Origin: a virus | Direction: 5' to 3' (one strand) | DNA length: 59,397 nucleotides | IMG/VR virus record: IMGVR_UViG_3300005882_000001 | Coordinates: 1 to 59,397 of that record | Part shown: one piece after another, positions 1-7,558 of the stretch | Layout: the number at the start of each line of letters is the position of its first letter | Position numbering within the stretch: the stretch's first letter is position 1 | The notes under the pieces: model-generated | The model's database searches: none | What the model was told of the DNA's origin: nothing | Seen by the model: only the letters and a program-made list of their open reading frames with translations | Program-made: the position numbers and the translations under genes

Positions 1-99
1 TTTTCTGGTGCTGCAATACCGTGAAGTTTTACCAAAGAATCAATGGCTTTGATTTCTTCCGTTGCGTCTTTGGCTTTGGCATGTGCCTCCATATATAAC
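1..99. repeat. Terminal overlap; bases 1-99 are identical to 59299-59397 (closed circular contig or short direct terminal repeat)
   Basis: By direct comparison, ttttctggtgctgcaataccgtgaag...gtgcctccatatataac occurs at both ends. A minus-strand reading frame continues across the junction. Confidence 0.95.
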
Positions 100-380
100 A
101 TGGTTGCATCGTCTCGAGTAAATTTAATATCTTTCGGGGCCCGGTAGCTTTCAACAACGTTGAAGAAACTTCGCACTTGTTCTATGGCCCGTACCACTTT
201 TTGGTCAGATGCCATTTCAAGCGCTTGGATAGGTAATATCCCCAAATGTGCTGCGGCTTTGAATGGTGACATTCCGCGCACAGTTAAGTTCACGAACTCT
301 TGCTCTTGAGCGGTCAAATCACCGGCGGCGACATATGTTGGTTTTTGTGGTGCTGTTGAGGGCATATTGTTTTTTGACAT
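1..380 (-). CDS. terS: Terminase small subunit, 5' portion (the gene wraps around the contig ends and continues at 59298 down to 59175)
   Basis: Minus-strand ATG at 380 gives MSKNNMPSTAPQKPTYVAAGDLTAQEQEFVNLTVRGMSPFKAAAHLGILPIQALEMASDQKVVRAIE... The frame is open to base 1 and joins in frame to ...APEKREVKVSSESQ... at the other end, about 167 aa in total. The N-terminal LTxxQxxF...G.S...AA HTH pattern is typical of small terminases. The 3' end overlaps the TerL start. Confidence 0.75.
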   Translation of the reverse strand, partial: MSKNNMPSTAPQKPTYVAAGDLTAQEQEFVNLTVRGMSPFKAAAHLGILPIQALEMASDQKVVRAIEQVRSFFNVVESYRAPKDIKFTRDDATMLYMEAHAKAKDATEEIKAIDSLVKLHGIAAPE

Positions 381-416
381 AGCTTCTTAATACCCGTTGG
401 TGGTTACTCGACTGTG

Positions 417-450
417 ACTATAGCACTATGTGAAATTTTTTAGAAAAAAT
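417..450 (-). promoter_or_regulatory. Candidate extended -10 promoter for the terS/late operon
   Basis: The minus strand reads ...CACATAGTGCTATAGTCAC. TGcTATAGT is the complement of 417-425, about 35 nt upstream of the terS ATG. The -35 element is weak. Confidence 0.3.
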
Positions 451-611
451 TTTTTGAAAAATGTTTCCAGTTTTTTCGGAAATGTTTTTTGTCAAATGCC
501 GTTTGCTGTTTGGTTTTGTCGATTGACTAGTGACTTGTGAAATTTGCTGGGTGTCCTTGGGCTTGGGCTTACACCCACGCCCGGTGGAACAAGTTCCGGT
601 TTTGGATTCGC

Positions 612-768
612 ACTCAGCACCCACCCCCACCCTCGTCTCACAAATTGAACCTAGTGGCGTGGGACCCCTATCACAAACTCACGGAAACTCACAGTTGGCT
701 GGTGGCCTTCGGCCCCCATCCATTGACTCACGAACTCACAAACTCGCTGACGCTCGTTCGTAACTCAC
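612..768 (+). repeat. Cluster of ACTCAC hexamer repeats (iteron or operator candidates)
   Basis: Exact ACTCAC occurs at 677, 687, 726, 734 and 763. Variants are ACTCAG at 612, TCTCAC at 636 and ACTCGC at 742. Neighbouring copies are 8-10 bp apart. Confidence 0.7.
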
Positions 769-798
769 GTGTCATTAACACTATCGGAGGAACATGAC

Positions 799-1035
799 AT
801 GCGTATTATCTTTGCAATCTCTATGCTTTTTATCTCTATCGCTTACGGTGGCGTTATGCTTGAAGTCTTTCTTGAGCAATACGCCAAGGACAACGGCTTA
901 GCTTATATAAGCCAACTCCCGTTCTCGATGCTAGCTAGCGCCATTATTCACGGTATAGCTGGCGCTTGTTGGATGTTGTGCGCTGAAGAATTTAAATACA
1001 GAGACGAGGTACGGAAACATGAAAGCGAGAACTAG
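799..1035 (+). CDS. Small membrane protein
   Basis: GGAGG at 786-790 lies 8 nt before the ATG at 799. MRIIFAISMLFISIAYGGVMLEVF... and ...SAIIHGIAGACWMLCA give two hydrophobic helices. The track ORF start at 769 is less likely. Confidence 0.65.
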   Translation: MRIIFAISMLFISIAYGGVMLEVFLEQYAKDNGLAYISQLPFSMLASAIIHGIAGACWMLCAEEFKYRDEVRKHESEN

Positions 1036-1108
1036 AACGTGGTTACTAGCCATCGGTTTAATACTGATGGTTAGTGCCTACTCGCTGGCGCTCACTCGTT
1101 TCTATTAA
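1019..1108 (+). CDS. Possible 29-aa membrane peptide
   Basis: The ATG overlaps the end of the upstream gene. The product is MKARTRTWLLAIGLILMVSAYSLALTRFY, a basic N-terminus followed by one TM helix. It is below the track size cut-off. Confidence 0.25.
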   Translation: MKARTRTWLLAIGLILMVSAYSLALTRFY

Positions 1109-1135
1109 CGCCATTGACAATTCGGAGGAAATATT

Positions 1136-1348
1136 ATGGCTAAAGTAATTTTTAACTCAGTTGCAGAATTTCGTGAAGCAATTGAGATATCGAATGACGG
1201 ACTGGTGGTGCGTAGCAATCGCCGGTCTGTTGAGGTTTCTTTGTCATTGTCTGTTGAAGGCAGTGACAAGGATGTAAGCGACTGGTTACAGTCTCGTGGT
1301 ATCTGGGGCATGAACCCGGAGCAATTCTGGATGATTTGCGGTTTATGA
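1136..1348 (+). CDS. Hypothetical protein
   Basis: GGAGGA lies 7 nt upstream of the ATG. 70-aa ORF. Confidence 0.7.
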   Translation: MAKVIFNSVAEFREAIEISNDGLVVRSNRRSVEVSLSLSVEGSDKDVSDWLQSRGIWGMNPEQFWMICGL

Positions 1349-1419
1349 GGCCGCTTATCATTCTTTCTTTTTTAATCTTGTTGAAAATGTCGAACAATTC
1401 GAAAAATTGGAGAAATATT

Positions 1420-2163
1420 ATGACTAAGTTAACACTTGATGATTTACAGATTGACGCACAATTACGCCCAGTTACAAATGGCGAATTAGCAAAAGCCACC
1501 AACGAGGAATTAGCAGAGATTTTACTTGCTGAATCCGTTCAGTTTATTGCTGGCCGTAAACCCCAAGAGGGCGCATCGGCATCTGTCATCGGCGTTTATC
1601 AATTGGCAAGCGCCGCAGTACAGACATCAGCGTTTGAGGTTATTCGCGACCGTATCGTTCACTTGAATGATAAGATTGCGAAAGCCCGCCAATCAGGTAA
1701 TGACGAGAACATTCCGGCCTACCAGCGAGCAGTGATGTATTTGTTGAATTTTATCCGTCGTCTGCAATCGCAAAACGCTCGGGGTTGTTATTTCCTGAAA
1801 CGTTTAGCGGAACGTCGCGAAGAAGCCCGTGACCCACGTGAAGTCCGTACACAATATGACGGTTTTCGGTTTGTTGGCTTTGATGCTGAACAAATCACCG
1901 AAATCGACGACATGTTGTACGACCAGCTCACCAAAGGTTATGGCTTATTGTTGCAGCTTGCCGATAGCTGGACAGTACAGAACATGGGTTATTTACCTTA
2001 TGCCACTGTACAGATTGACGGTGAGTATCGTGACATTCATGACGCAAAAGCACTGGCTGATGCATTAGAGATGTCGATGCCGAACATGCCAACCGAAGCC
2101 GAGACGCTAGCCGCACTTGGCTTAGGTGGAGCGCCAGCAGCAAAAAGCGAAAAGGCTAAGTAA
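1420..2163 (+). CDS. Hypothetical protein (247 aa)
   Basis: The internal ATG at 1420 is preceded by GGAGAA and gives MTKLTLDDLQ... The upstream part of the track ORF (from 1336) overlaps the previous gene and looks non-coding. A terminator follows. Confidence 0.7.
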   Translation: MTKLTLDDLQIDAQLRPVTNGELAKATNEELAEILLAESVQFIAGRKPQEGASASVIGVYQLASAAVQTSAFEVIRDRIVHLNDKIAKARQSGNDENIPAYQRAVMYLLNFIRRLQSQNARGCYFLKRLAERREEARDPREVRTQYDGFRFVGFDAEQITEIDDMLYDQLTKGYGLLLQLADSWTVQNMGYLPYATVQIDGEYRDIHDAKALADALEMSMPNMPTEAETLAALGLGGAPAAKSEKAK

Positions 2164-2175
2164 GCTGCACCCCAC

Positions 2176-2217
2176 ACCCGCCCTGTTCTCACACCGAGGA
2201 TAGGGTGGGTTTTTTTA
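2176..2217 (+). terminator. Rho-independent terminator
   Basis: The stem acccgccct / agggtgggt is 9 bp with one G-U pair. The loop is 17 nt and is followed by T7. Confidence 0.7.
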
Positions 2218-2256
2218 TGCCAGATATACCCCGGTATCCACTGAAGGAATGTGCCC

Positions 2257-2436
2257 ATGGACTTATACAAAGTGTTTTTGTACTCCGACCAACCGCAGAA
2301 AGGTAACGCCAGCTGCGTGGTACGAGCGACCACAATTCAGGCCGCTGATTTATTGGCCCAGGCTATCGCATATAGCATGACGCAGATTGACCCAGACGAT
2401 GACACATGGTTTCACACCGTTGAAGCCGTCGAATAA
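2257..2436 (+). CDS. Hypothetical protein (59 aa)
   Basis: GAAGGA lies 7 nt before the ATG at 2257. The track start at 2251 is GTG. Confidence 0.55.
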   Translation: MDLYKVFLYSDQPQKGNASCVVRATTIQAADLLAQAIAYSMTQIDPDDDTWFHTVEAVE

Positions 2437-2455
2437 CACCTGTTCCCCGTTCCCT

Positions 2456-2499
2456 GCCCTTGGCGCTTGACCTCCGACGAGTGCCTTGGGTGGTTTTTT
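2456..2499 (+). terminator. Probable Rho-independent terminator
   Basis: gccctTggcgc ... gtgccTTgggt forms a stem with an internal TT/TT mismatch, followed by T6. Confidence 0.45.
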
Positions 2500-2683
2500 A
2501 ACGAATGTTATGTTTGTTAAATAAATGTGCGGAGTGAAAATTCATAGGGTAAATCCGCATTTGGCGGGTGGCTACAACAAACGACGAGTGGTGTCAATAG
2601 GTAAAAACTGCTTTTTGCCAATTTCAACTGAAATTTAACAATTGACGTGGGCTGTGGGCCGATTGCTCAGATTTGTTACATTG

Positions 2684-2698
2684 ACTGGTCTGACCAGT
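2684..2698. promoter_or_regulatory. Perfect 15-bp palindrome ACTGGTC-T-GACCAGT (operator candidate)
   Basis: Read directly from the sequence. It overlaps a TTGACT hexamer at 2681-2686. Confidence 0.5.
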
Positions 2699-2919
2699 GC
2701 AAAAAACCCAAGCCACTCAACGGGTGCAGAGGACATTCAACAATTTTTTTACATTTACTTGGAGTAACCCAGTTTAGTTTTTTTTTTAATATTACCTTTT
2801 TGTGTCTCATTTTTGAGACAGATTTAAATATTAAAAAATCATTATATAAGTATAAAAAACCACCAAAAGCCACTCAACCCCAGCCACACCAAGGGCTACA
2901 GGCCGATAACAAGCTGTAT

Positions 2920-2946
2920 TTGTCAAAAATATGAGAATGTTAATAA
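2920..2946 (+). promoter_or_regulatory. Candidate sigma70-like promoter
   Basis: TTGTCA (2920-2925), a 15-nt spacer, then TGtTAATAA as an extended -10 (2938-2946). It lies about 35 nt upstream of the 2983 gene. Confidence 0.3.
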
Positions 2947-2982
2947 AAAGTTATCAGTTACTAGGCCAAAAGGAGGGTAACA

Positions 2983-3237
2983 ATGAATAAATTCACGCAA
3001 GGCAAGTGGTCGGTAAAAGAGTACTCCAATGGAGATTTGGAGATGTACTGCACTGGTTATTCAGACGGTTGTATCATGAGTAACGAAACATACTACCCGT
3101 GGAACCCCAACAACGAGCATGATTGGTATTTATTCGCCACCGCAGGAACAACCGCCACCAAGCTAGCCGAAGCTGGTTATGATTCGGCAGCGTATAGCAA
3201 GGCGTTTAATTTGCTTAAACAGTGTCGGGGTGAGTGA
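2983..3237 (+). CDS. Hypothetical protein
   Basis: A strong RBS, AAAGGAGGG, lies 6 nt before the ATG. 84 aa. Confidence 0.8.
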   Translation: MNKFTQGKWSVKEYSNGDLEMYCTGYSDGCIMSNETYYPWNPNNEHDWYLFATAGTTATKLAEAGYDSAAYSKAFNLLKQCRGE

Positions 3238-3422
3238 TGGAATGTGTACATTGCGGTAACGATTTACCAGAAGATCCACACGACACAACTTTTTGCAATT
3301 ACAACAGCCCCCGTTATTCAGAGGGTACACATACAGGCAATATCTACCGATGCGAACATTGCGAAGAGGACACAATCGAGCTTGTTCAAGAAAATGGGAG
3401 GTTAGAATCATGGAGTTATTGA
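3237..3422 (+). CDS. Zinc-ribbon protein (CxxC...CxxC)
   Basis: The product is MECVHCGNDL...YRCEHCEEDT. The start makes a TGATG overlap with the upstream stop. Confidence 0.65.
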   Translation: MECVHCGNDLPEDPHDTTFCNYNSPRYSEGTHTGNIYRCEHCEEDTIELVQENGRLESWSY

Positions 3423-3637
3423 CTAACGAACAAATTGCAGAGTTGAAGCGGATTATTGAGCGTTTGCGTGATTTCGTATCAAGAAAACTAAAACACAACA
3501 CCAGTAAGGCGTTAGCGTATAAAGAAGCAAGCGCAGACAGTCACAATTTTCATGGTGGTTGGTCGAAAGGATACCATGAGGGCATTGTATCAGTATGTGA
3601 GGAAGTGCTGGACTTATTAAAAGGAGAATCCAAATGA
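3410..3637 (+). CDS. Hypothetical protein (75 aa)
   Basis: GGGAGG lies 8 nt before the ATG at 3410 and gives MELLTNEQIAELKRI... The longer track ORF from 3293 overlaps the previous gene. Confidence 0.65.
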   Translation: MELLTNEQIAELKRIIERLRDFVSRKLKHNTSKALAYKEASADSHNFHGGWSKGYHEGIVSVCEEVLDLLKGESK

Positions 3638-3963
3638 GTGATTTAACTAATAAGGCAATAGAAGTATCGCGAAGAATTTGTGAAATTGAAGAGCGGTTAG
3701 CGTGCCTTGATTTAACTGTACACGAAGCCGAGGATTTGCGCTATGAAAAAGCAGAACTAGAAGAATGGGACGAGGCGCTAAGTGCATACTTTAATGCTAG
3801 AAATAGTTGCGAACAACTCCAACAGCGCGTGGCGGAGCTTGAGAAAGAACGTGACGCACTGGCGGCACATGTCGAGCGTATTTACTCAATAGCCGAAAGC
3901 AAAAGTCATGGGATTGCTGACCTGCGCGCTGTTATTGGGCAACCACCCACAAAACAAAAATGA
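3634..3963 (+). CDS. Coiled-coil protein
   Basis: ATGA overlap with the upstream stop. The sequence is heptad-like and E/L/A-rich. Confidence 0.7.
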   Translation: MSDLTNKAIEVSRRICEIEERLACLDLTVHEAEDLRYEKAELEEWDEALSAYFNARNSCEQLQQRVAELEKERDALAAHVERIYSIAESKSHGIADLRAVIGQPPTKQK

Positions 3964-4166
3964 AAAATAACCCAGTAAAACGCGCTCTGCTCTTGTTCGA
4001 GTACCATAATACGTCACCTTATTACTTCAGGTACATCGCCTCTAGCCCCGTTTACTTGTTAAGCAACCTGGACAAAGAACTAATAGCACTATTAAACGCT
4101 GAAAACCTAATTCCCTTGCCATCCGTATACACACTTCTTATCGAATTCCTGATAAACGACACATGA
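3960..4166 (+). CDS. Small-paralog-array (SPA) family member, divergent first copy
   Basis: ATGA overlap. Central block LDKELIALLNAENLI and C-terminus YTLLIEFLINDT. Confidence 0.7.
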   Translation: MKNNPVKRALLLFEYHNTSPYYFRYIASSPVYLLSNLDKELIALLNAENLIPLPSVYTLLIEFLINDT

Positions 4167-4426
4167 CAATACCAGCTGATATCAACAACGCCTGTTTAAT
4201 GATGCAACCTAGCATGACCCTAGACACGCAACACTTGTCACAAGAAAGTATCGACCGGCACTTGATATCAGCACTCAACCACAGCACGAGCATTGAACCA
4301 GAACACGAACTATGGGTGTTTGAACGGGTATCAAAAAACACCCACTCCCGTTCGCCATTGTTCACTTACGCAAAGCAAACGTTGTATTTCCTATGGCAAG
4401 GTGCACTCTTCAATGAAAATAGCTGA
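4163..4426 (+). CDS. SPA family member, WQGALFNE subfamily
   Basis: ATGA overlap. Blocks ADINNACLMM, IDRHLISALNHS and LYFLWQGALFNENS. Confidence 0.8.
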   Translation: MTIPADINNACLMMQPSMTLDTQHLSQESIDRHLISALNHSTSIEPEHELWVFERVSKNTHSRSPLFTYAKQTLYFLWQGALFNENS

Positions 4427-4697
4427 TTTAACCTACGACACCGTAAACGCGTACGCTGTGCTAAAACTAGAGCAACTGACTGTATTAGATAACGACCTAC
4501 AAAAACCCCAAATCGACCGTGAATTAATTGACGCCCTTAGCGCAAAACAACTAATACTAGACAAAAAACACTTCATTTTTTGGATATTCGAGAAACTCGT
4601 AAAGGTCGGCAACGACTTGGAACACCACGCCGTGTTTGAAACCAAAACGCGGAATTTATATGTCCTCTGGCAAGGAGCTCTTTTCAATGAACGGTGA
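4413..4697 (+). CDS. SPA family member, WQGALFNE subfamily
   Basis: The ATG is embedded in the upstream ttcAATGAA. Blocks IDRELIDALSAKQLIL and LYVLWQGALFNER. The track ORF start at 4293 lies inside the previous gene. Confidence 0.8.
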   Translation: MKIADLTYDTVNAYAVLKLEQLTVLDNDLQKPQIDRELIDALSAKQLILDKKHFIFWIFEKLVKVGNDLEHHAVFETKTRNLYVLWQGALFNER

Positions 4698-4932
4698 CCT
4701 AAGAAATGCAATCGTCGCCACACGCCTATGCGACTTAATACCCGACGAGCGGCACTTAGCCGACAACGCCTTGCTAAGAGCACTCGACGCAAAACAATTA
4801 GTGATAGACCAAGGCCATTATTTCGGCTGGGTATTTATAAAACAAGGCAGATACGGAATACACCCGGTGTTCGACACTAAAACGCAGAATTTATATATCC
4901 TATGGCAAGGAGCTCTTTTTAATGAACAGTGA
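4687..4932 (+). CDS. SPA family member, WQGALFNE subfamily
   Basis: GGAG lies 9 nt before the ATG at 4687, and both sit inside the upstream WQGALFNE codons. Blocks DLRNAIVATR, ADNALLRALDAKQLVI and LYILWQGALFNEQ. Confidence 0.85.
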   Translation: MNGDLRNAIVATRLCDLIPDERHLADNALLRALDAKQLVIDQGHYFGWVFIKQGRYGIHPVFDTKTQNLYILWQGALFNEQ

Positions 4933-5179
4933 TATAAGAACTGCAATCGCTGTCTCCAACGCACATGGTTTGGCATTCAACAAGCAATATCAACATGCCG
5001 CCGACCGCACCTTGATAAAAGCACTCGACGCAAAACAAATAATACACCAAAGTTTCTATATTACCTGGTTCTTTATTAAAGAAACCACACTAGGCTTAGA
5101 CCCGGTATTTACCAGCATGCAGAATTTATACATCCTATGGCAAGGAGCACTCTTCAATGAACAAATATCGCATCAGTAA
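4922..5179 (+). CDS. SPA family member, WQGALFNE subfamily
   Basis: Blocks DIRTAIAVSN, ADRTLIKALDAKQII and LYILWQGALFNEQISHQ. It shares an 18-nt identity (gcactcgacgcaaaacaa) with the previous copy. Confidence 0.85.
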   Translation: MNSDIRTAIAVSNAHGLAFNKQYQHAADRTLIKALDAKQIIHQSFYITWFFIKETTLGLDPVFTSMQNLYILWQGALFNEQISHQ

Positions 5180-5888
5180 AAGAGAAGCGCATAAATTAGT
5201 ATTGCCATGTGGCACTATACTACGTCGAATAGTCGCTCTAAAAGAATTCAAACTGCAACCATACGGCACATGCATAGTCATAAAACCTGGTGACGTCGGC
5301 GGCTATGTCGAAACAACAAAGAACCTCGACCAACGGGGTAATTGTTGGATATTGAATAATGCAAAAGCCTATGGCCAAGCGTTTGTAACAAAAGACGCAG
5401 TGCTTATGGACTCAGCTGAAGTATTTGGCAAAGCCATTGTTACAGACCAAACGGTCATACGCAATGCAGCCAGAATATATGACACTGCTATAATTCGCGG
5501 CGAGTCGCAAATAACCGGGCCAAAAACCCAGGTCTATGGCAACGCGCGAATATGGATGTTAAAACTAAACCAGCTATATAACATTAAAGTATTCGGCAGA
5601 GCTAGAATAACCGATGGGACGCTGCCAGACTTTACCGATAGGGTAAACGTATTAGAAATATCCGAAGAACCCACAATAATAAGCACATTTCCATATACAG
5701 TGAGAATCACCGATAAGCACACCATAATCAGCTGTCAGACAGAAAAACATAGCTATTGGCTCAAAGCAAAGCCCAAAGATGTATCAGATAACCCAAGGAT
5801 TCAAAAGCTATGGAAACAACACGGCGATGTGGTTAAGCACTTTATCAAATATCACAAAAAATTGGTAAAAGATGCCGCGCAAAGATAA
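5157..5888 (+). CDS. Beta-helix repeat protein (hexapeptide or bactofilin-like repeats) embedded in the array
   Basis: Repeated small-hydrophobic pattern: NAKAYGQAFVTKDAVLMDSAEVFGKAIVTDQTVIRNAARIYDTAIIRGESQITGPKTQVYGNARI. Its RBS and ATG lie inside the upstream WQGALFNE codons. Confidence 0.7.
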   Translation: MNKYRISKREAHKLVLPCGTILRRIVALKEFKLQPYGTCIVIKPGDVGGYVETTKNLDQRGNCWILNNAKAYGQAFVTKDAVLMDSAEVFGKAIVTDQTVIRNAARIYDTAIIRGESQITGPKTQVYGNARIWMLKLNQLYNIKVFGRARITDGTLPDFTDRVNVLEISEEPTIISTFPYTVRITDKHTIISCQTEKHSYWLKAKPKDVSDNPRIQKLWKQHGDVVKHFIKYHKKLVKDAAQR

Positions 5889-6162
5889 CAGCCCCTATAT
5901 AATGCCCCTGTTGTGGTTTGAAGTATTCAAACAAAACCCAGATTATTTTACCAGAGTATCCATAGACTCACATAATCTGCGGGAACTTGACCAGGATATA
6001 ATAAGAATACTCAGCCGCCTGTTTTATAGCGAACGCAAAGTAATACTCGCTAAGCACTTTATAACACCACACGGCGAATATTACTTTTCCCTCAACGCAG
6101 TATTCACACAAATAACACACGACCTCTACATGGAGTACTTAATGAATGACCATGAACACTGA
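5872..6162 (+). CDS. SPA family member, LMNDD subfamily (divergent)
   Basis: Blocks LDQDIIRILSRLF and HDLYMEYLMNDHEH. The start is uncertain; 5902 is an alternative. Confidence 0.7.
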   Translation: MPRKDNSPYIMPLLWFEVFKQNPDYFTRVSIDSHNLRELDQDIIRILSRLFYSERKVILAKHFITPHGEYYFSLNAVFTQITHDLYMEYLMNDHEH

Positions 6163-6427
6163 CCTACAAGCCACTCGGGTAGTATTACGGGACGATATTC
6201 CATTCTTTAACGCAAAAAGACCATTTGACCCTGAAATTACCATAAGCCATTTCAATCAAAACATACTAAGAGTACTAGATTACGACTCAGCAGTGTTATA
6301 CCCCGACCCGCAGGAAAGTAACTCTATAAGGATATATCTCGAATCAGAATACCAGCGCAGTATAGTCTTCGCATTTAGCAACTCGCTGCTTGACCTATTT
6401 TATTATTTCTTAATGAACGACGATTGA
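6146..6427 (+). CDS. SPA family member, LMNDD subfamily
   Basis: Blocks TDLQATRVVL, FNQNILRVLDYDSAVL and LLDLFYYFLMNDD at the C-terminus. Confidence 0.85.
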   Translation: MTMNTDLQATRVVLRDDIPFFNAKRPFDPEITISHFNQNILRVLDYDSAVLYPDPQESNSIRIYLESEYQRSIVFAFSNSLLDLFYYFLMNDD

Positions 6428-6437
6428 TAAGCTGATT

Positions 6438-6728
6438 ATGGGTAATTTAATCGACATACACGCCGCAAAGCTCATGTTCACCGGCTCCTGGCTAAGAATA
6501 GAAAACCACAACAAAATGCAATATGCCAAAAAGCTAGATGACAGCATCATAGATTTATTGACCTTCAAAAAACTCATGATTTATAACATTGGTACTACCG
6601 TGGGAGAATTCGTAAAGGTAAGAGTTGTACACCCTGATGACCCTGATAAAAAACTACGTCACCCAATGTATGCATTTGACACCCCGCTCTATGACTTATT
6701 TTATTACTTCTTAATGGCGGACGACTAA
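6438..6728 (+). CDS. SPA family member, LMNDD subfamily
   Basis: Blocks IDIHAAKLMF, LDDSIIDLLTFKKLMI and LYDLFYYFLMADD. Confidence 0.85.
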   Translation: MGNLIDIHAAKLMFTGSWLRIENHNKMQYAKKLDDSIIDLLTFKKLMIYNIGTTVGEFVKVRVVHPDDPDKKLRHPMYAFDTPLYDLFYYFLMADD

Positions 6729-6994
6729 TGTTCAGAGAACTTTTATGCTTAGCAACCAGACAGCGTTATCATTACCGAGCACGCCTCGAGTATAGAACGC
6801 CTGATAACAAAATCTTAATGACCATGACTTTTACTTTACTCGTCAACAACCCAAAACACAGCGACGACCATCGCAAAATAAAAAAAGACATAGGCCCCGA
6901 GCTAATAGAAAAAATCACTCGGCACAGATTATGCAACGGTCACTTAGTTTATGAACCGATTGCTTACTTAGGGTTATTTAAAAAATCATGCTAA
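6728..6994 (+). CDS. Hypothetical protein (not an SPA member)
   Basis: TAATG overlap. 88 aa, basic, and lacking the family blocks. Confidence 0.6.
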   Translation: MFRELLCLATRQRYHYRARLEYRTPDNKILMTMTFTLLVNNPKHSDDHRKIKKDIGPELIEKITRHRLCNGHLVYEPIAYLGLFKKSC

Positions 6995-7278
6995 CTGTTG
7001 ATGTATACTCAGCCCTCGGCCTGCTCGACCGGATATATGAAGTTCCATTAGACCCGGACCCATGGCGTATAGAATTCATAAAAGAACAAATGAACGCTGA
7101 ATTCCTAGATTTACTTTACGCGGAGTCCTTAATACTAGTATACCGAAATCCCACTCACTACTATTACATGCGAGTAAATATCCAAGAAAAAGACCCCCAC
7201 ATCGAAGCGTCAACCAAATATGTGTTTACTAACCCCATCTTTGATGTGTTCTATTATTTCTTAATGAACGACGACTAA
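6988..7278 (+). CDS. SPA family member, LMNDD subfamily
   Basis: Blocks MNAEFLDLLYAESLIL and IFDVFYYFLMNDD. Confidence 0.85.
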   Translation: MLTVDVYSALGLLDRIYEVPLDPDPWRIEFIKEQMNAEFLDLLYAESLILVYRNPTHYYYMRVNIQEKDPHIEASTKYVFTNPIFDVFYYFLMNDD

Positions 7279-7291
7279 ACAGCGAAAAACC

Positions 7292-7552
7292 ATGAAACCC
7301 GATGATATATCTATAGCATGTGAATTGTTTGTATCATGCCCAGACCTGGACCAAGAACCACAAACAATAGACGACATGTTCAGAGATACTGTCAGTATCC
7401 TAAACCTAGGTAACGTGATACTAACACCAACCAAAGAAACTTATGGCTATTGTTTTTGGGCAATAGGCACCAACAAGCAGCAATGCAACACATATCTTTT
7501 TGATGATTTCGTTTATGACTTATTTTTCTATTTCTTAATGAACGACGAGTAG
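7292..7552 (+). CDS. SPA family member, LMNDD subfamily
   Basis: Blocks DDISIACELF, FRDTVSILNLGNVIL and VYDLFFYFLMNDE. Confidence 0.85.
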   Translation: MKPDDISIACELFVSCPDLDQEPQTIDDMFRDTVSILNLGNVILTPTKETYGYCFWAIGTNKQQCNTYLFDDFVYDLFFYFLMNDE

Positions 7553-7558
7553 CCCTCA

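Larger units (their letters stand above)
381..798. promoter_or_regulatory. Divergent control region between terS (minus) and the first plus-strand gene
   Basis: 418 bp with no convincing ORF. An A/T-tract-rich block lies at about 430-500 (gaaattttttagaaaaaattttttgaaaaatgtttcc), followed by a G+C-richer block carrying ACTCAC repeats. The track ORFs at 418-797 lack an RBS and translate to low-complexity sequence. Confidence 0.6.
2500..2982. promoter_or_regulatory. Long non-coding A/T-rich island upstream of the 2983 operon
   Basis: No credible ORF is present; the 2647-2934 ORF has a GTG start, no RBS and an odd composition. The island contains a perfect palindrome, a repeated 12-mer, a small hairpin (tgtctc attttt gagaca at 2803-2820) and promoter-like hexamers. 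Confidence 0.55.

Noticed and set aside
1-99. Interpreting the 99-bp end repeat as a biological direct terminal repeat
   Set aside because: An exact overlap of this size is equally consistent with an assembler k-mer overlap of a circular or circularly permuted genome. It interrupts terS, which argues against a physical genome end here. It is reported only as an overlap.
418-797. Track ORFs at 418-630 (-), 530-763 (+) and 537-797 (+) in the divergent intergenic region
   Set aside because: They have no RBS. Their translations are proline/histidine/serine-rich and low in complexity. They overlap each other, and the region is better explained as regulatory DNA.
2647-2934. 95-aa ORF (GTG start) and the antisense ORF at 2676-2873
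   Set aside because: The ORF sits in an A/T-rich island and its translation is dominated by homopolymer-derived F/K runs. It has no RBS and is flanked by terminator-like and promoter-like elements.
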